From Candidatus Pelearchaeum maunauluense (GTDB lineage: Archaea > Thermoproteota > Nitrososphaeria_A > Caldarchaeales > Caldarchaeaceae), in the NCBI GenBank assembly GCA_030059675.1, contig JANVYQ010000002.1, forward strand, positions 160,001-224,000: a DNA stretch of 64,000 bases. Direction: 5' to 3'. Of the stretch, positions 38,776 to 49,865 are shown in pieces. Under the pieces are notes generated by a model, which ran no database searches, was not told the origin of the DNA, and worked only from the letters and a program-made list of their open reading frames with translations. Both the position numbers and the translations under genes were made by a program. The stretch's first letter is position 1; each line of letters starts with the position of its first letter.

Positions 38776-39761
38776 CTCGTTTTCCGCATCTTCTTAGCCA
38801 GCTTAGATACCAGAGCTAATATCTGTATCTCTGGTGTTCCGCCTTCAGCTATCCTGAAGTCGGCCTCACCTAATGCGTCAAGTATCTCAACCTTATCTTC
38901 TTCCGATATGTCAAGTTGGCCGATTTCACGGTATATTGCTGTGAGGAGGTCGCTTGGCGCAACACCTTGTAAGTATAGAAGCTCGCGAAGCAAGTCGCGT
39001 GCTTCGCTTATCTTGCCTGACAGCCCCAGCTCAAGCAACCGCCTAACCTCCCCACGGCTAACATAGCCTATTACCTGATAAACCGTCTTCTCATCCACAT
39101 CACGTGATATTGAGACCGCTGCTTGGAGTATGTTTATTGACTTCCGCATATCCCCCTCTGAAAAGTCGTAAATCGCCTCCAAAGCGGCTGATGAAATGTT
39201 AAGCCCCTCGTTTTTAGCGATTTTACCCAAATGCTCTATTACCTTATCTCTGGGAAGAGGCCTGAATCTAAGTACTGCGCATCTTGACTGTATGGGCTCT
39301 ATAATCCTATTGCTATAGTTAGCCACTAGGATAAACCTGCATGTGGCCGAGAATTGCTCCATCGTTCTTCTAAAAGCATGCTGAGCGTCGTCTGTCAGCT
39401 GGTCGCTCTCATCCAGTAGTAGAATTCTAAACCCTATAGGGCCGAATGGAACTGAGCGTGCATACATTTTCACCTTCTCTCTGATTGTCTGGATTCCGCG
39501 TTCGTCTGATGCGTTAATCTCAACGAAGAGCCCCTCGGTTAGGTAGTTAGGACCGTATAACTCGCGGGCGAATGCGTGGGCTGAAGCAGTTTTCCCAGTA
39601 CCTGGTGGGCCTGCGAAGAGCATATGTGGAACCTGCCTTGTTTGGAGGATATTCTTCAAAGCTCTTACGACTTCTTCCTGGTCAACCATCTCATCAAGCG
39701 TCTTGGGTCTATATTTCTCTATCCAGGGAAGCTCGCCCACGAGCCGTTCTTCAACTGCCAT
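38772..39761 (-). CDS. rfcS: Replication factor C small subunit
   Basis: WIEKYRP, GPPGTGKT, NASDERG and PIQSRC. Confidence 0.95.
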   Translation of the reverse strand: MAVEERLVGELPWIEKYRPKTLDEMVDQEEVVRALKNILQTRQVPHMLFAGPPGTGKTASAHAFARELYGPNYLTEGLFVEINASDERGIQTIREKVKMYARSVPFGPIGFRILLLDESDQLTDDAQHAFRRTMEQFSATCRFILVANYSNRIIEPIQSRCAVLRFRPLPRDKVIEHLGKIAKNEGLNISSAALEAIYDFSEGDMRKSINILQAAVSISRDVDEKTVYQVIGYVSRGEVRRLLELGLSGKISEARDLLRELLYLQGVAPSDLLTAIYREIGQLDISEEDKVEILDALGEADFRIAEGGTPEIQILALVSKLAKKMRKTR

Positions 39762-39802
39762 GGATTATCACCAAATATTCAGTCCTGCCTGCATAAAGGT
39801 AT

Positions 39803-40537
39803 TCATATATGTAGCAGAGTCTTCGTCTGATCTGTGAGCTTCTCCAAGACATACTCCAGCGATATGCCCTTGAGTCTAGCTATCCATTCAGCGGACACAC
39901 GTATGTTCTTGGGATGATTTACTTCTCCACGTTCTGGCGCCAGTACTGGGGCATCGCTCTCAAGTAATAGATTCTCAAGCGGTAACCGTTTAACTAGTTT
40001 TTGCTTCTGTTCAGACCTAGCTATAGAGGGAGGTATTGAGAAGAAGTACCCCTTAGCTGCTCCTCTCTCTGCATGTGAGGGCTTTCCATCAAAAGCGTGC
40101 ATAATTACCTGCTCTGCCTCATGCTCTATCAACATATCAATAGCATACTTCCCAGCGCTCCGCGAGTGTATTATCAGTGGGATATCAATCTCCTTGCTGA
40201 GGTTTATAAACTCGGCAAAGACAATACGCTGAAGCTCACGGTCTTCACGCTTTCCGAAATAATAATCAAGACCAACCTCACCTATTAACACTACCTTATC
40301 CTTATTTCTCCTTATAAGCTCGATGACTTGCTCATAGCCTTCTAGCTCATAAGGCTCTATACCTAACGATGGATAAACATACTGGCAGTCTGATATCGAG
40401 AGAACGCGACGGCAATCATCTGGCCCTATGCCTGAAGTGATTATAGCATCAACCCCCGCTTCGCGCGACTCCCTTAAAACCGCATCCGGCCTGCTTGCTA
40501 GAGGCTCCTCAGTAAGATGGCAGTGAACGTCTATCAT
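39803..40537 (-). CDS. tatD: TatD family nuclease
   Basis: DVHCH, GEVGLD, HSR and ESDAP. Confidence 0.9.
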   Translation of the reverse strand: MIDVHCHLTEEPLASRPDAVLRESREAGVDAIITSGIGPDDCRRVLSISDCQYVYPSLGIEPYELEGYEQVIELIRRNKDKVVLIGEVGLDYYFGKREDRELQRIVFAEFINLSKEIDIPLIIHSRSAGKYAIDMLIEHEAEQVIMHAFDGKPSHAERGAAKGYFFSIPPSIARSEQKQKLVKRLPLENLLLESDAPVLAPERGEVNHPKNIRVSAEWIARLKGISLEYVLEKLTDQTKTLLHI

Positions 40538-40594
40538 ATCCGCCTTTCCTGGTAGTTGGTGAATTATTTAGGTTATACAAAAATAGTGTTTCAG

Positions 40595-40942
40595 ATGCAA
40601 TATGCTTGGCGACCGTGGTTGGATGATGCTGCGCTATCCTGTGTTTGTGGCTCTAAGATAGACTCGGCCGACGACCTAAAGAAAGTCGAGGAAAACGAGG
40701 GGGAGATTGTTTTCAGATGTCGTAATAATAGTGCATGTAGGCTTGAGGAGGTATGTAGAATACGACCAGCCGAGGGGGATTTTGAAGTTTTATACTCACC
40801 TATGTTTAGTGATTGGAATCTACTACACCTTGGCCGTGAGCGGCTTCTTAGCGAGTTGAGGCGTCTTGCCTATAAAATCGTTAAGGAAACGATTAGGGAG
40901 GGAAATGTTTTAAGGATACGTGTAAAGATAATGGGGAGATGA
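40595..40942 (+). CDS. Hypothetical Cys-rich protein
   Basis: CVC...CRNNSAC...C; ATG 40595 in ORF 40556..40942. Confidence 0.55.
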   Translation: MQYAWRPWLDDAALSCVCGSKIDSADDLKKVEENEGEIVFRCRNNSACRLEEVCRIRPAEGDFEVLYSPMFSDWNLLHLGRERLLSELRRLAYKIVKETIREGNVLRIRVKIMGR

Positions 40943-40948
40943 TGGGAA

Positions 40949-41605
40949 ATGCCGTATGAGTATAAAGGTGTTAAGATAAGTTGGCTTGGGCATGACTCAT
41001 TTAGAATAACCGATACAAAAATAATCTACATAGACCCCTACACCATTAAAGGTGGCGCAACGGCGGACATCGTGCTAATAACGCATGACCATTTTGACCA
41101 TCTAAGCATAGAAGATATCAACAAGATAGCTGGTGCGAATACCTTGGTGGTGGCTAGTGAGCCATGCTCCAATAAGCTTGGAAGGGTTAAGGCGCGGGAT
41201 GTGCGTATTGTTAAGCCAGGCGATAAGCTGGTAGCTGATGATGTGGAGATAGAAGCTGTCAGGGCGTATAACGTGAATAAATTTAGAGAGCCTGGCGTGG
41301 TCTTCCACCCCCGCGAGGCTGGGGGAGTGGGTTATATAATCACGGTGAAGGGTGTTAGAATATACCATGCGGGAGACAGCGACCTCATACCTGAGATGAG
41401 AGGGCTCAAGCCAGATATTGCGCTACTACCCGTAAGCGGTACATACGTCATGACCGCTGAAGAAGCCGCGAGGGCTGCTGAGGAGCTTGAAACAAAAATT
41501 GCCATACCCATGCATTATGGCGCTATAGTTGGCAGTAAAAAGGATGCGGAAACCTTCAAAAACTTGGCTAAATGTGAAGTAGTAATACTTGAGAAGGAGG
41601 AATAG
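40949..41605 (+). CDS. MBL-fold hydrolase (UPF0173/UlaG-like)
   Basis: WLGH, THDHFDH, HAGD and PMHYG. Confidence 0.88.
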   Translation: MPYEYKGVKISWLGHDSFRITDTKIIYIDPYTIKGGATADIVLITHDHFDHLSIEDINKIAGANTLVVASEPCSNKLGRVKARDVRIVKPGDKLVADDVEIEAVRAYNVNKFREPGVVFHPREAGGVGYIITVKGVRIYHAGDSDLIPEMRGLKPDIALLPVSGTYVMTAEEAARAAEELETKIAIPMHYGAIVGSKKDAETFKNLAKCEVVILEKEE

Positions 41606-41613
41606 TCTGAGAC

Positions 41614-42069
41614 ATGCAGCAGAAGGTCTGCCAACATGACTTTACATACCATGGAGCGCTTAACTTCTTTAAGAATAAAGAACTGATTGCTGTTGTTGAT
41701 TCCTGGAGATGTAGGAGATGTGGCGTTCTACGACTTGGGAGGAGAGGTCCAGAGGTCTTACTATCCTCTGAGGGTATGTATCCAGATATAGAGCCTGGAA
41801 AAGAATGGGTTGTTTTTCTCTGCCTAGCTGGAGAAGAGCCAATAATAGAGGTTTATCAGATGAGTCCTGGTGATGAAATACCACATACTTGCGACACCTA
41901 TCCACGTGAGTCGGTTTTGGTCTTAGATGAAGATTTCAGCCTACGATTAGGTAAGGGCGGTGGTAAGCCGAGCAAGCATTTTGCATACAAGTTTTCTAGA
42001 ATAGTCAAGGGTTATATAGAGATGGGAAGCACGCCTCCAGAAGTCGTAACACTGACGCGCGGAGAATAG
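41614..42069 (+). CDS. Hypothetical protein with possible Zn ligands
   Basis: CQH...CRRC; co-oriented with the MBL gene. Confidence 0.55.
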   Translation: MQQKVCQHDFTYHGALNFFKNKELIAVVDSWRCRRCGVLRLGRRGPEVLLSSEGMYPDIEPGKEWVVFLCLAGEEPIIEVYQMSPGDEIPHTCDTYPRESVLVLDEDFSLRLGKGGGKPSKHFAYKFSRIVKGYIEMGSTPPEVVTLTRGE

Positions 42070-42079
42070 AGATAATGCA

Positions 42080-42484
42080 TTATTCTTGTTCTGGAATGCG
42101 TGAATAATGCTCATGAATTATCCGCCACTCCCCATTCTCACGCGCAAGGACGACGGTGCAGCGTGATGTTATAGATAGTGGCCTACCCTCAAATGTATAT
42201 CCATAAACATATACCCCACCATATTTTAAAAGAAAAGTTACTACAGCAACATCGCCTAGGACTTTAACCTCTATGTCGCTCATTTGATATGTAAAATCCA
42301 CAAGCTCGCTGTAAAGGCTGCCTTTCAGTTTTACGGCTTCATCTCGCTCTTGGATTCTATATGGTGGTAGGTCACTGAAGCGTGTGTAATGCGTGCTGTG
42401 AAGCTTCCTAAAGGTCTCTATATCCCCCTCTTTACCCGCTTCAAACACCCGCCTAACCACACCCAATATTTCTTCAGCGCTCAT
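42080..42484 (-). CDS. NTF2/SnoaL-like domain protein
   Basis: GDVAVV...RCTVVL....GEWRIIHEHYS. Confidence 0.8.
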   Translation of the reverse strand: MSAEEILGVVRRVFEAGKEGDIETFRKLHSTHYTRFSDLPPYRIQERDEAVKLKGSLYSELVDFTYQMSDIEVKVLGDVAVVTFLLKYGGVYVYGYTFEGRPLSITSRCTVVLARENGEWRIIHEHYSRIPEQE

Positions 42485-42755
42485 CTTTAGCACCTGCCAT
42501 AACAAGGTCTCCAGCAATTATCTTTAGTTGAAGCTCAACCTCAAGATTAAGTAGTTGTTCTTCATTAAATCCTGATGAAGATAAAATACGTGAAGACTCT
42601 TCTGAAAGTTTCACATTAACATTAGGCCCTCCCACGCTTTGAAAGAGAAGTCCATCAAACTCTATTGATGAACTTCCTACTCGTGCCCTCCCCTTAAAGA
42701 ATGTGAGAGGGCCGTCTGTCTCTCTCCAATATATTTCTATATCGCTAACCTCCAT
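42474..42755 (-). CDS. Hypothetical protein
   Basis: 93 aa ORF overlapping the next start in operon style. Confidence 0.55.
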   Translation of the reverse strand: MEVSDIEIYWRETDGPLTFFKGRARVGSSSIEFDGLLFQSVGGPNVNVKLSEESSRILSSSGFNEEQLLNLEVELQLKIIAGDLVMAGAKDER

Positions 42756-42848
42756 GCTATTGTGTTGGCGTGTGAGTCATACTAAAAAGTATTGAGCTTC
42801 AACAACGCTTATGAATGACCACGATACAAACTTGCGAGGTTCTAAGAC

Positions 42849-43073
42849 ATGAGCTATCTTATACCCGAATTAGCCAGCCTACTAAAGATAAGACGCATAG
42901 CATGGATAATTCGCGTATTCATTATAGTAATATTATATGTGTTGGTTGCATTCTTGGCATGGGCTATCCTCAGCAGGTTCATAGATAGCTTTATCACTGT
43001 TCCATTAGCTCTGTTTTCGTCGGCCATGCTCTATATCATAATAAAGATTTTAGTGAAAAGAGAAATTATTTGA
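42849..43073 (+). CDS. Small membrane protein (2 TM)
   Basis: Two hydrophobic stretches. Confidence 0.55.
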   Translation: MSYLIPELASLLKIRRIAWIIRVFIIVILYVLVAFLAWAILSRFIDSFITVPLALFSSAMLYIIIKILVKREII

Positions 43074-43488
43074 GTTCATTTGTTAAGGCTTCAATAAGCT
43101 CTCTTATAGCGTCGCGTTTAGGATGTTTGGCAGTGGCCATCCTAAGCCACGAAGTAAGATGATTTCTCACACGCTCAAGGAATCCTCTCACATCTTTTTG
43201 AATACCCTTAAGAGCCTGCGCGGGTACTGCCTCCAGCTTTATAGACGCTATCGAGGTCTGCATAAATGGTCCGAACTCGTCGCGTGAGACTTTTACGGCA
43301 AGAACTCTACCATTCTCAAGCATGTATGTTATCCCAGCTAGGCTGGAGAATTCAATACCCCACTCAATACCTGGCGGCGAGAAAGGTAGAAGCGCTGTGA
43401 GCATTCTAATAATATTTTCCTCGCTGGGCTCGTTGAGTGCTTTCCTATATGCAGATAAAAGCTCCTCTATCTCCTTACTAACTACCAT
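43066..43488 (-). CDS. Hypothetical protein
   Basis: 140 aa ORF directly downstream of the aminotransferase. Confidence 0.6.
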   Translation of the reverse strand: MVVSKEIEELLSAYRKALNEPSEENIIRMLTALLPFSPPGIEWGIEFSSLAGITYMLENGRVLAVKVSRDEFGPFMQTSIASIKLEAVPAQALKGIQKDVRGFLERVRNHLTSWLRMATAKHPKRDAIRELIEALTNELK

Positions 43489-43490
43489 AA

Positions 43491-44660
43491 CTAACCCACA
43501 TCCAAGCCCTGCTTTAAGCCCTCCGCAATAACATCAACAAGTCTATCTATATCACTACGGTTGTTATAGAAATGAGCAGAAACTCTAACGAGTCCTGGTC
43601 TGGCAGATACAATAATGCCCCGCTTCTGCAAGAGTTCGCCTAAGGCGCGTGGTCTGGAATGCCTGAAAGCTACTGTTCCAGAAAGACGCTTAGAGACATC
43701 TATAATATCTAAGCCAAGGTCGTTGAGATGTTCTTCACAATATAAAGCGAGTTCTCTAATATGGTTATGCTTTGCGTGTTGGTCAAAGGATAGGTGGTAG
43801 TTTAGAGATTCGCGCATGCCAACTACGCTAAGACTTGACCAGCTTCCCAGCTCTAGTCGTGAAGCATCAGGGGCGGGCTGTGGTGTCCTTATGTCAAACT
43901 CCTCATCAAAGAGCGGTACACCGTCTAGCATTCGGCGTATAACAGAATCGCTCACACCCATCCAGCCCATATAGGCAGGCTCCATCTCTCCCAGCAACTC
44001 TTCGGAGATGTAGATAAACGCAATACCTGGAGGTCCGTTAAGCCATTTGTAGCTACCGCAAAACACCGCATCAAGCCCTAGTTTCTTAACATCCAGCGGT
44101 ATTACGCCAGCGGCGTGGAATACGTCAGAAACCATAAGAGCACCATGTCTATGCGCCACCTCAGCTAGTCTTCTCAAGTCGTGAGTATAGCCTGTGAGCC
44201 ATGAAACATAGTCTATGGAAACTATACGCGTTGAGTCGTCAATTAGGGATTCTATAGAATCTTCGCGGTCTTCAGCTATCCTAACCTCGCTGATTATTCC
44301 ACGCCGCCGCGCAGCCTGCCATATGTGGATTCCAGTCGGGAAGTTATGAGCTGACACAACCACATTATCGCCACGCTTAAGACCTAGGCTATAAGCAAAC
44401 ACGGCCAATGCTGTTGAAACGTTAGGTGCCGTTGCCACTTCCTCAAACTTCGCACCTACAAGACACGCGAATAGCTTTCTACACTCCACAACAGATTCAA
44501 GAACATAATCCCAGTTCTCCCCCTCTTCAAAATATTCACTCAGAAATCTTCCTATAGCCTGCGCCGTTCTTCGTGGAAGAAGACCTGTAGAGGCGCTGTC
44601 CAGATAAGCATATTTCTTAAGAGGTGGGAAGTCGTTGCGTGTAGCTTCCGCAATACTCAT
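43491..44660 (-). CDS. Aminotransferase class V / cysteine desulfurase-like PLP enzyme
   Basis: YLDSAS, D..H, SYKWLNGPPG and RVSAHFYN. Confidence 0.85.
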   Translation of the reverse strand: MSIAEATRNDFPPLKKYAYLDSASTGLLPRRTAQAIGRFLSEYFEEGENWDYVLESVVECRKLFACLVGAKFEEVATAPNVSTALAVFAYSLGLKRGDNVVVSAHNFPTGIHIWQAARRRGIISEVRIAEDREDSIESLIDDSTRIVSIDYVSWLTGYTHDLRRLAEVAHRHGALMVSDVFHAAGVIPLDVKKLGLDAVFCGSYKWLNGPPGIAFIYISEELLGEMEPAYMGWMGVSDSVIRRMLDGVPLFDEEFDIRTPQPAPDASRLELGSWSSLSVVGMRESLNYHLSFDQHAKHNHIRELALYCEEHLNDLGLDIIDVSKRLSGTVAFRHSRPRALGELLQKRGIIVSARPGLVRVSAHFYNNRSDIDRLVDVIAEGLKQGLDVG

Positions 44661-44706
44661 GGCCAGTTACTACAAAAATAGTAAATAATAGAGTTTATGA
44701 TTAGGG

Positions 44707-46299
44707 CTACTCTTCTTCAACAGTAGTTCTACTTTGTTCGCGTAAGAATGTCAATAGATAGTTGGGTCCCCCTATTCCTTTTCCAGTTGCGCCGCTGGCT
44801 TTCCAGCCGACAAAGGTTTGAGCTCCTGGCCATGCGCCAGTGGTTGCGCCACCCTTCCTGTTGGCATAAACAACACCGAACTGTATATTCTTCATGAAGT
44901 AGTCTATCTCGCTCTTATCTTCAGAGAATATACCAGCTGTAAGCCCATACTCCGTATTATTAGCCTCCTTCAAAGCCTCCTCTAGACTGCTAAACTCATC
45001 AACAAGCAATATGGGTAGGAAAAGTTCTTGCTTAAAGAGCTGATGGTCCCTCTTTAACCCTGTGATTATCGTTGGCTGGACATAGTATCCCTTATCATAT
45101 TCACCACCACTCAGAGCCTCACCGCCATACAGTATCTCGCCACCATCACGCTTAGCCATCTCAATATACTTCTTAAAATTCTCAAAAGCCCTCTTATTCA
45201 CCACAGGCCCCATAAAAACATCCCTCCTCCGCGGATCGCCAATCTTCAGAGCGCTCGTCTCTCTAACCAACTCTTCGAGAAATCTAGATTTAATATTCTT
45301 ATGTACGTAGAGCCTTGAAGTGGCTGAGCATTTTTGTCCATCATAGCCGAAGGCTGCTCTGATGACTCCCAAAACTGCTTTTTTCAAATCAGCTTTCTCA
45401 GTCACAATAGTCGGGTTCTTACTGCCCATCTCGAGTAGAATCGGCTTAGGATAAGGCTGGGATGAGGTAAATCTCCTGTAGAGACGCATCCCCACATCTC
45501 TAGAGCCCGTGAATGCTATGCCAGCAACATCAGGATTCGTGACTACCTCATCCTCAAAGACATCACCAGGACCTGTTACGTAGTTTATCGCTCCCACATC
45601 AACTCCAGCGTCTCGAAAGATTTGGTACAGCATAAGGCCAGATAGAGGTGCCTCGCTTGTGGGCTTGAATACCACAGTATTCCCTGTTAGTATGGCTCCT
45701 TGTATCATACCGTTAGCCAGCATGAATGGGAAGTTGAAAGGTGAAATCACAACCCACACACCATAAGGGAGAGCAACCATCTTACATTTCTCACCTGGGC
45801 CGCCTGGTCCCATATCCTTCTCATAGCCATTATTCTCCTCCATTATGTTAGCATAGTATCTAAGAGCGTCAACAGCCTCCCAACATTCAGCCAGCGCTTC
45901 CATCCTATTCTTACCAACCTCATAAGTTATCACAGCAGCTATCTCAAACTTCCTCTCATCTATCAGCTCAGCCGCTCGCCTGATTATTCTTACCCTCTCT
46001 CTCCAACTCCTACAGGACCAGGACTCGAAAGCTCTCTTAGCCTCTTCAATAGCTTTCTTTATATGCTCCCTGCCTCCACGCTGGAAATATCCAACAAGTA
46101 TTGACGTGTCTATAGGGCTTCTATCCTCGAATTCCCCCTCCTCCGAGAAGACCTCCTTACCGCCTATGTACATAGGATAGTGTTTTCCAAAATACTTGTC
46201 CTTCACAACTTCTAGAGCCTTTTCATACGCGGAGTGAAGGCTTTCGTCGGCAAATAATGAGACGTATGTTATCTTTCTCTCGCTTGACATGCCGCTCAC
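44707..46299 (-). CDS. Aldehyde dehydrogenase, 1-pyrroline-5-carboxylate dehydrogenase-like
   Basis: SPFNFP, FTGS, EMGSK, GQKCSA and TTGA. Confidence 0.88.
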   Translation of the reverse strand: MSGMSSERKITYVSLFADESLHSAYEKALEVVKDKYFGKHYPMYIGGKEVFSEEGEFEDRSPIDTSILVGYFQRGGREHIKKAIEEAKRAFESWSCRSWRERVRIIRRAAELIDERKFEIAAVITYEVGKNRMEALAECWEAVDALRYYANIMEENNGYEKDMGPGGPGEKCKMVALPYGVWVVISPFNFPFMLANGMIQGAILTGNTVVFKPTSEAPLSGLMLYQIFRDAGVDVGAINYVTGPGDVFEDEVVTNPDVAGIAFTGSRDVGMRLYRRFTSSQPYPKPILLEMGSKNPTIVTEKADLKKAVLGVIRAAFGYDGQKCSATSRLYVHKNIKSRFLEELVRETSALKIGDPRRRDVFMGPVVNKRAFENFKKYIEMAKRDGGEILYGGEALSGGEYDKGYYVQPTIITGLKRDHQLFKQELFLPILLVDEFSSLEEALKEANNTEYGLTAGIFSEDKSEIDYFMKNIQFGVVYANRKGGATTGAWPGAQTFVGWKASGATGKGIGGPNYLLTFLREQSRTTVEEE

Positions 46300-46394
46300 C
46301 GTATTGGAGATTAAGGGCTGATTAAAGGTTTTACTTTAATATCTGTTGTGCTGTTGAATATTTTATAATTCCTTAGCGAGCTACTACTTCACAC

Positions 46395-46787
46395 ATGAAC
46401 GATGTCGAGCGTCTAGTCAGGAGATTATTTCCAAATGATTTTACTGATAGAGAACGTGCAATTTTCGAAGCTGGTATAGCGCTTGGCTCTATCGCGCATA
46501 CTTTGGCTGGCATCCCAATATCCCGCTCAAGAAATCTGCAAGAACAATTTTGCAGAGCGTTAAGTGGTTGTTTCCTGCTTCAGCCATATAGGAAGCGCGT
46601 TAAGATACGGTTTAGAGGTGTGAAGAAAGCCAAGAGACACGAATACGATTACGAAACAGTGTCCCCTGACAAGCTTGACATAATCGTTGAGACGCAGTAC
46701 GGCGATACGATAGTCAGAGCACGCATGCGTTATATCGAGAGACTTGCGTATCCAGTTATGTATGTGGAGAAGGTGAAGGATAGATAG
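46395..46787 (+). CDS. mptD: Archaeal dihydroneopterin aldolase family
   Basis: TDRERAIFEAGI.LG..H, QPY and YPVMYV. Confidence 0.8.
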   Translation: MNDVERLVRRLFPNDFTDRERAIFEAGIALGSIAHTLAGIPISRSRNLQEQFCRALSGCFLLQPYRKRVKIRFRGVKKAKRHEYDYETVSPDKLDIIVETQYGDTIVRARMRYIERLAYPVMYVEKVKDR

Positions 46788-47912
46788 CTAGTTGCTGAAT
46801 ATTCTATCACGCAACTCATCCATCAAACCATACTCAACAGACGATAGCCGCTCATAAAACTCTCTTTGTTCCCGCGAGAGTGGGGTGGGGAGTTGTATTC
46901 TTAGCCTAACCTCAAGGTCGCCGCGTCCTCCATCTATTCTGGGCATTCCTTTACCGCGGATGATTAGAGGCTTGTGATAGTTGTTTGGTGAGAGCTTTAC
47001 ATCAACCGCTCCGTCTAATGTTTTGAGTTTAACAACCCTGCCTGTCGCCACCTCGCTTGGAGAGACTGGTAGTTCAACTATAAGCTTATCACCATCGCGT
47101 CTAAAGACTTTATGCGGAATCATTCTAACCCTAATTCTCAAATCGCCCCTAACTCCTGTTGAGGGGTCTAGCATCCCACGGCCACGTAACGTGATTATAT
47201 GCCCCTCGTCAACACCGCGGGGAATCGTAAAGGTTACTCTTTCTATAATTTCAAGTACTCCAGAGCCTCTGCAATTACCGCATTTCTTTCTTATAACCTG
47301 GCCAGCGCCATTACAGTTTTCGCATGGTGTTACTGTAGTGAAATATGCAAAGGCTACTTGCCTATGTGAGACTCTCTGACCTGAGCCGCCGCATGTTGGG
47401 CATTTCTCAACCCATCCAGGCTCAGCTCCAGAGCCGCCGCAACGATGGCAGGGAACACGCATAGGTACGTGGATTGTCTTCTCACAGCCGTGAAACGCCT
47501 CCTCCAGCGAGACCTCCACCTCAACCAACGTTGCAGTAGGCTCGCGTTTAGCTCTGCCAAAACCACCGAAAAAGCGCTCAAAGAAAGATTCAAAATCACC
47601 AAAACCAAGGTCGCGAAAAATCTCCTCAAAATCAAACCTCGTTGTCCTGAAAATATCTTCCTGACTATACTGGCCATGAAGACCCGCCTTGCCATACATA
47701 TCATATAATCGGCGCTTTTCATCATCTGAAAGAACGGCATACGCCTCGCTTATCTTCTTAAACATCTCCTCCGCTTCTGGAGACTTATTACGGTCTGGAT
47801 GATACTTGAGAGCTAGCCTCCTATACGCTCTCTTAATCTCCTCTTTGGTAGCATTACGTGGCACGCCTAAGATTTCATAGTAATCCTCACTATCGTAGGA
47901 CAAGGCTTCCAT
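46788..47912 (-). CDS. dnaJ: Chaperone DnaJ
   Basis: J domain HPD and four CxxCxGxG repeats. Confidence 0.95.
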   Translation of the reverse strand: MEALSYDSEDYYEILGVPRNATKEEIKRAYRRLALKYHPDRNKSPEAEEMFKKISEAYAVLSDDEKRRLYDMYGKAGLHGQYSQEDIFRTTRFDFEEIFRDLGFGDFESFFERFFGGFGRAKREPTATLVEVEVSLEEAFHGCEKTIHVPMRVPCHRCGGSGAEPGWVEKCPTCGGSGQRVSHRQVAFAYFTTVTPCENCNGAGQVIRKKCGNCRGSGVLEIIERVTFTIPRGVDEGHIITLRGRGMLDPSTGVRGDLRIRVRMIPHKVFRRDGDKLIVELPVSPSEVATGRVVKLKTLDGAVDVKLSPNNYHKPLIIRGKGMPRIDGGRGDLEVRLRIQLPTPLSREQREFYERLSSVEYGLMDELRDRIFSN

Positions 47913-47972
47913 CTCCGAAAGTGCGATGGTTATTTAAAGACTTTCAAAAATAATGCGAAGTGGATATTTAGC

Positions 47973-49772
47973 CTAGGTTTTGTCTTCCCCTTCTTTCTTC
48001 CCTTCGCCTTCCTTCCCACTTTGCCCATATATTGTTGTTCCTATCTTTTGGGCGGATTTTCTGAGCTTCTCCATCTTCTCTTTGATGGCTTGTATATCAC
48101 TTCCTTTTAGGGCTTCTCGAAGCTCCCTAGCCGCTTCCTCAACTTCTTGTTTAACTTCTGCTGGAGCTTTATCACCAAATTCCGTGAGAGCTTTCTCTGC
48201 TGTGTAGAGTAGCGCGTCTGCCTCATTACGTAATTCTGCTTCTTGACGCTTCTTCCTATCCTGCTCGGCAAACTGCTCAGCCTCGCGCACCATACGCTCA
48301 ACCTCTTCACGCGATAGCCTATGTGGCGCTGTTATCTTAACACTAACATCCTTCCCTGTCCCAAGGTCCTTCGCGGTAACTGTTAGTATTCCATCAGCAT
48401 TTATGTCAAACGTCACTTCTATCTTCGGAACACCACGTGGCGCTGGAGGTATTCCACTAAGAGTAAATCTACCCAGGGATATGTTGTCGGCGGCCATCTG
48501 CCTCTCCCCCTGTAGTACATGAATCTCAACGCTGGTTTGGAAGTCTGCTGCAGTTGTAAATATTTGGCTACGCCTTACTGGTATCGTGGTATTCCTCTCA
48601 ATTATAGGTGTAAATATTCCGCCGAGTGTCTCAACGCCTAAAGTGAGTGGGACAACATCTAGGAGAACTATTTCCCTATCCTTCATCTCTCCGCTGAGTA
48701 TTGCTGCTTGTATAGCAGCACCCATGGCAACGCATTCCATCGGATCTATCCCGCGCTCAGGTTCTTTCCCCATGACGCTCTTTATGAACTCGCGTATTAT
48801 GGGCATCCGGGTTGGCCCACCCACTAGTATTATCTTATCTATGTCCTCCGGCTTCATCTTAGCGTCTTGGAGAGCCTGCATCATAGGGCCGCGGCAGCGC
48901 TCCACGATGGGTCTAACAAGCTCCTCAAGCGTGGCGCGTGTAAGCCGCATATAGAGATGCTTAGGGCCTGAGGAGTCATAAGCTATGTATGGTAGGTTTA
49001 TCTCCGTCTCCGTGGTGCTTGAGAGCTCTATCTTAGCCCTCTCCGCAGCCTCAGCTATCCTATTCATAGCCGAGGCATCTTTACGGAGGTCTATCCCACT
49101 CTCCTGCTTATACCTATCAACGATGTAATTTATTAGAGCGCGGTCCATGTCTGTTCCGCCCAGCTGCGTGTCCCCTGATGTGGCTTTTACCTCAAAGACA
49201 CCCTGCCCAAACTCCATTATTGTTATGTCCAGCGTCCCACCACCTAAGTCAAAGACCATTATGCGCATTTCTTTATCCTGTTTATCAAGCCCATACGCCA
49301 AAGCTGCTGCTGTAGGCTCGTTGATTATCCTTACTACCTCAAGCCCAGCTATCTTTCCAGCATCCTTAGTGGCTTGTCTCTGGTTGTCGTTAAAGTATGC
49401 GGGTACTGTAATTACTGCCTTCTTAACCTCCTCACCCAAGAAAGCCTCGGCGTCCTTCTTGATTTTCTGAAGAAGAAATGCTGATAGTTGCTCAGGAGCG
49501 TATTCTTTGCCGTATATCTTATAACGGTAGTCTGTTCCCATCTTACGTTTCCACGCTGTTACAGTGCCCTCTGGGTTGAGTATTGCTTGTCTTCTCGCAG
49601 GCTCGCCGACCAGTAGCTCTCCTTCTTTGGTGAAAGCAACATATGAAGGGAATGCCTTACCATATAATGTGACGCCTTCCGTTGATGGTATTATTGTTGG
49701 TCTCCCACCTATCACCACAGCTGCGGCGGAGTTGCTAGTCCCTAGGTCTATTCCGATTATTTTCTCAGCCAT
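47973..49772 (-). CDS. dnaK: Chaperone DnaK (Hsp70)
   Basis: [20 protein letters not shown] and GGPTRMP. Confidence 0.97.
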   Translation of the reverse strand: MAEKIIGIDLGTSNSAAAVVIGGRPTIIPSTEGVTLYGKAFPSYVAFTKEGELLVGEPARRQAILNPEGTVTAWKRKMGTDYRYKIYGKEYAPEQLSAFLLQKIKKDAEAFLGEEVKKAVITVPAYFNDNQRQATKDAGKIAGLEVVRIINEPTAAALAYGLDKQDKEMRIMVFDLGGGTLDITIMEFGQGVFEVKATSGDTQLGGTDMDRALINYIVDRYKQESGIDLRKDASAMNRIAEAAERAKIELSSTTETEINLPYIAYDSSGPKHLYMRLTRATLEELVRPIVERCRGPMMQALQDAKMKPEDIDKIILVGGPTRMPIIREFIKSVMGKEPERGIDPMECVAMGAAIQAAILSGEMKDREIVLLDVVPLTLGVETLGGIFTPIIERNTTIPVRRSQIFTTAADFQTSVEIHVLQGERQMAADNISLGRFTLSGIPPAPRGVPKIEVTFDINADGILTVTAKDLGTGKDVSVKITAPHRLSREEVERMVREAEQFAEQDRKKRQEAELRNEADALLYTAEKALTEFGDKAPAEVKQEVEEAARELREALKGSDIQAIKEKMEKLRKSAQKIGTTIYGQSGKEGEGKKEGEDKT

Positions 49773-49865
49773 ACCAAACCACCGTTAAACTAGGCAAACA
49801 GGAAGCACAACCTTATTGTAATTTGCCAGCCTGGATAAGTTATGCGCTGCTCTAAGATTAAAAGA

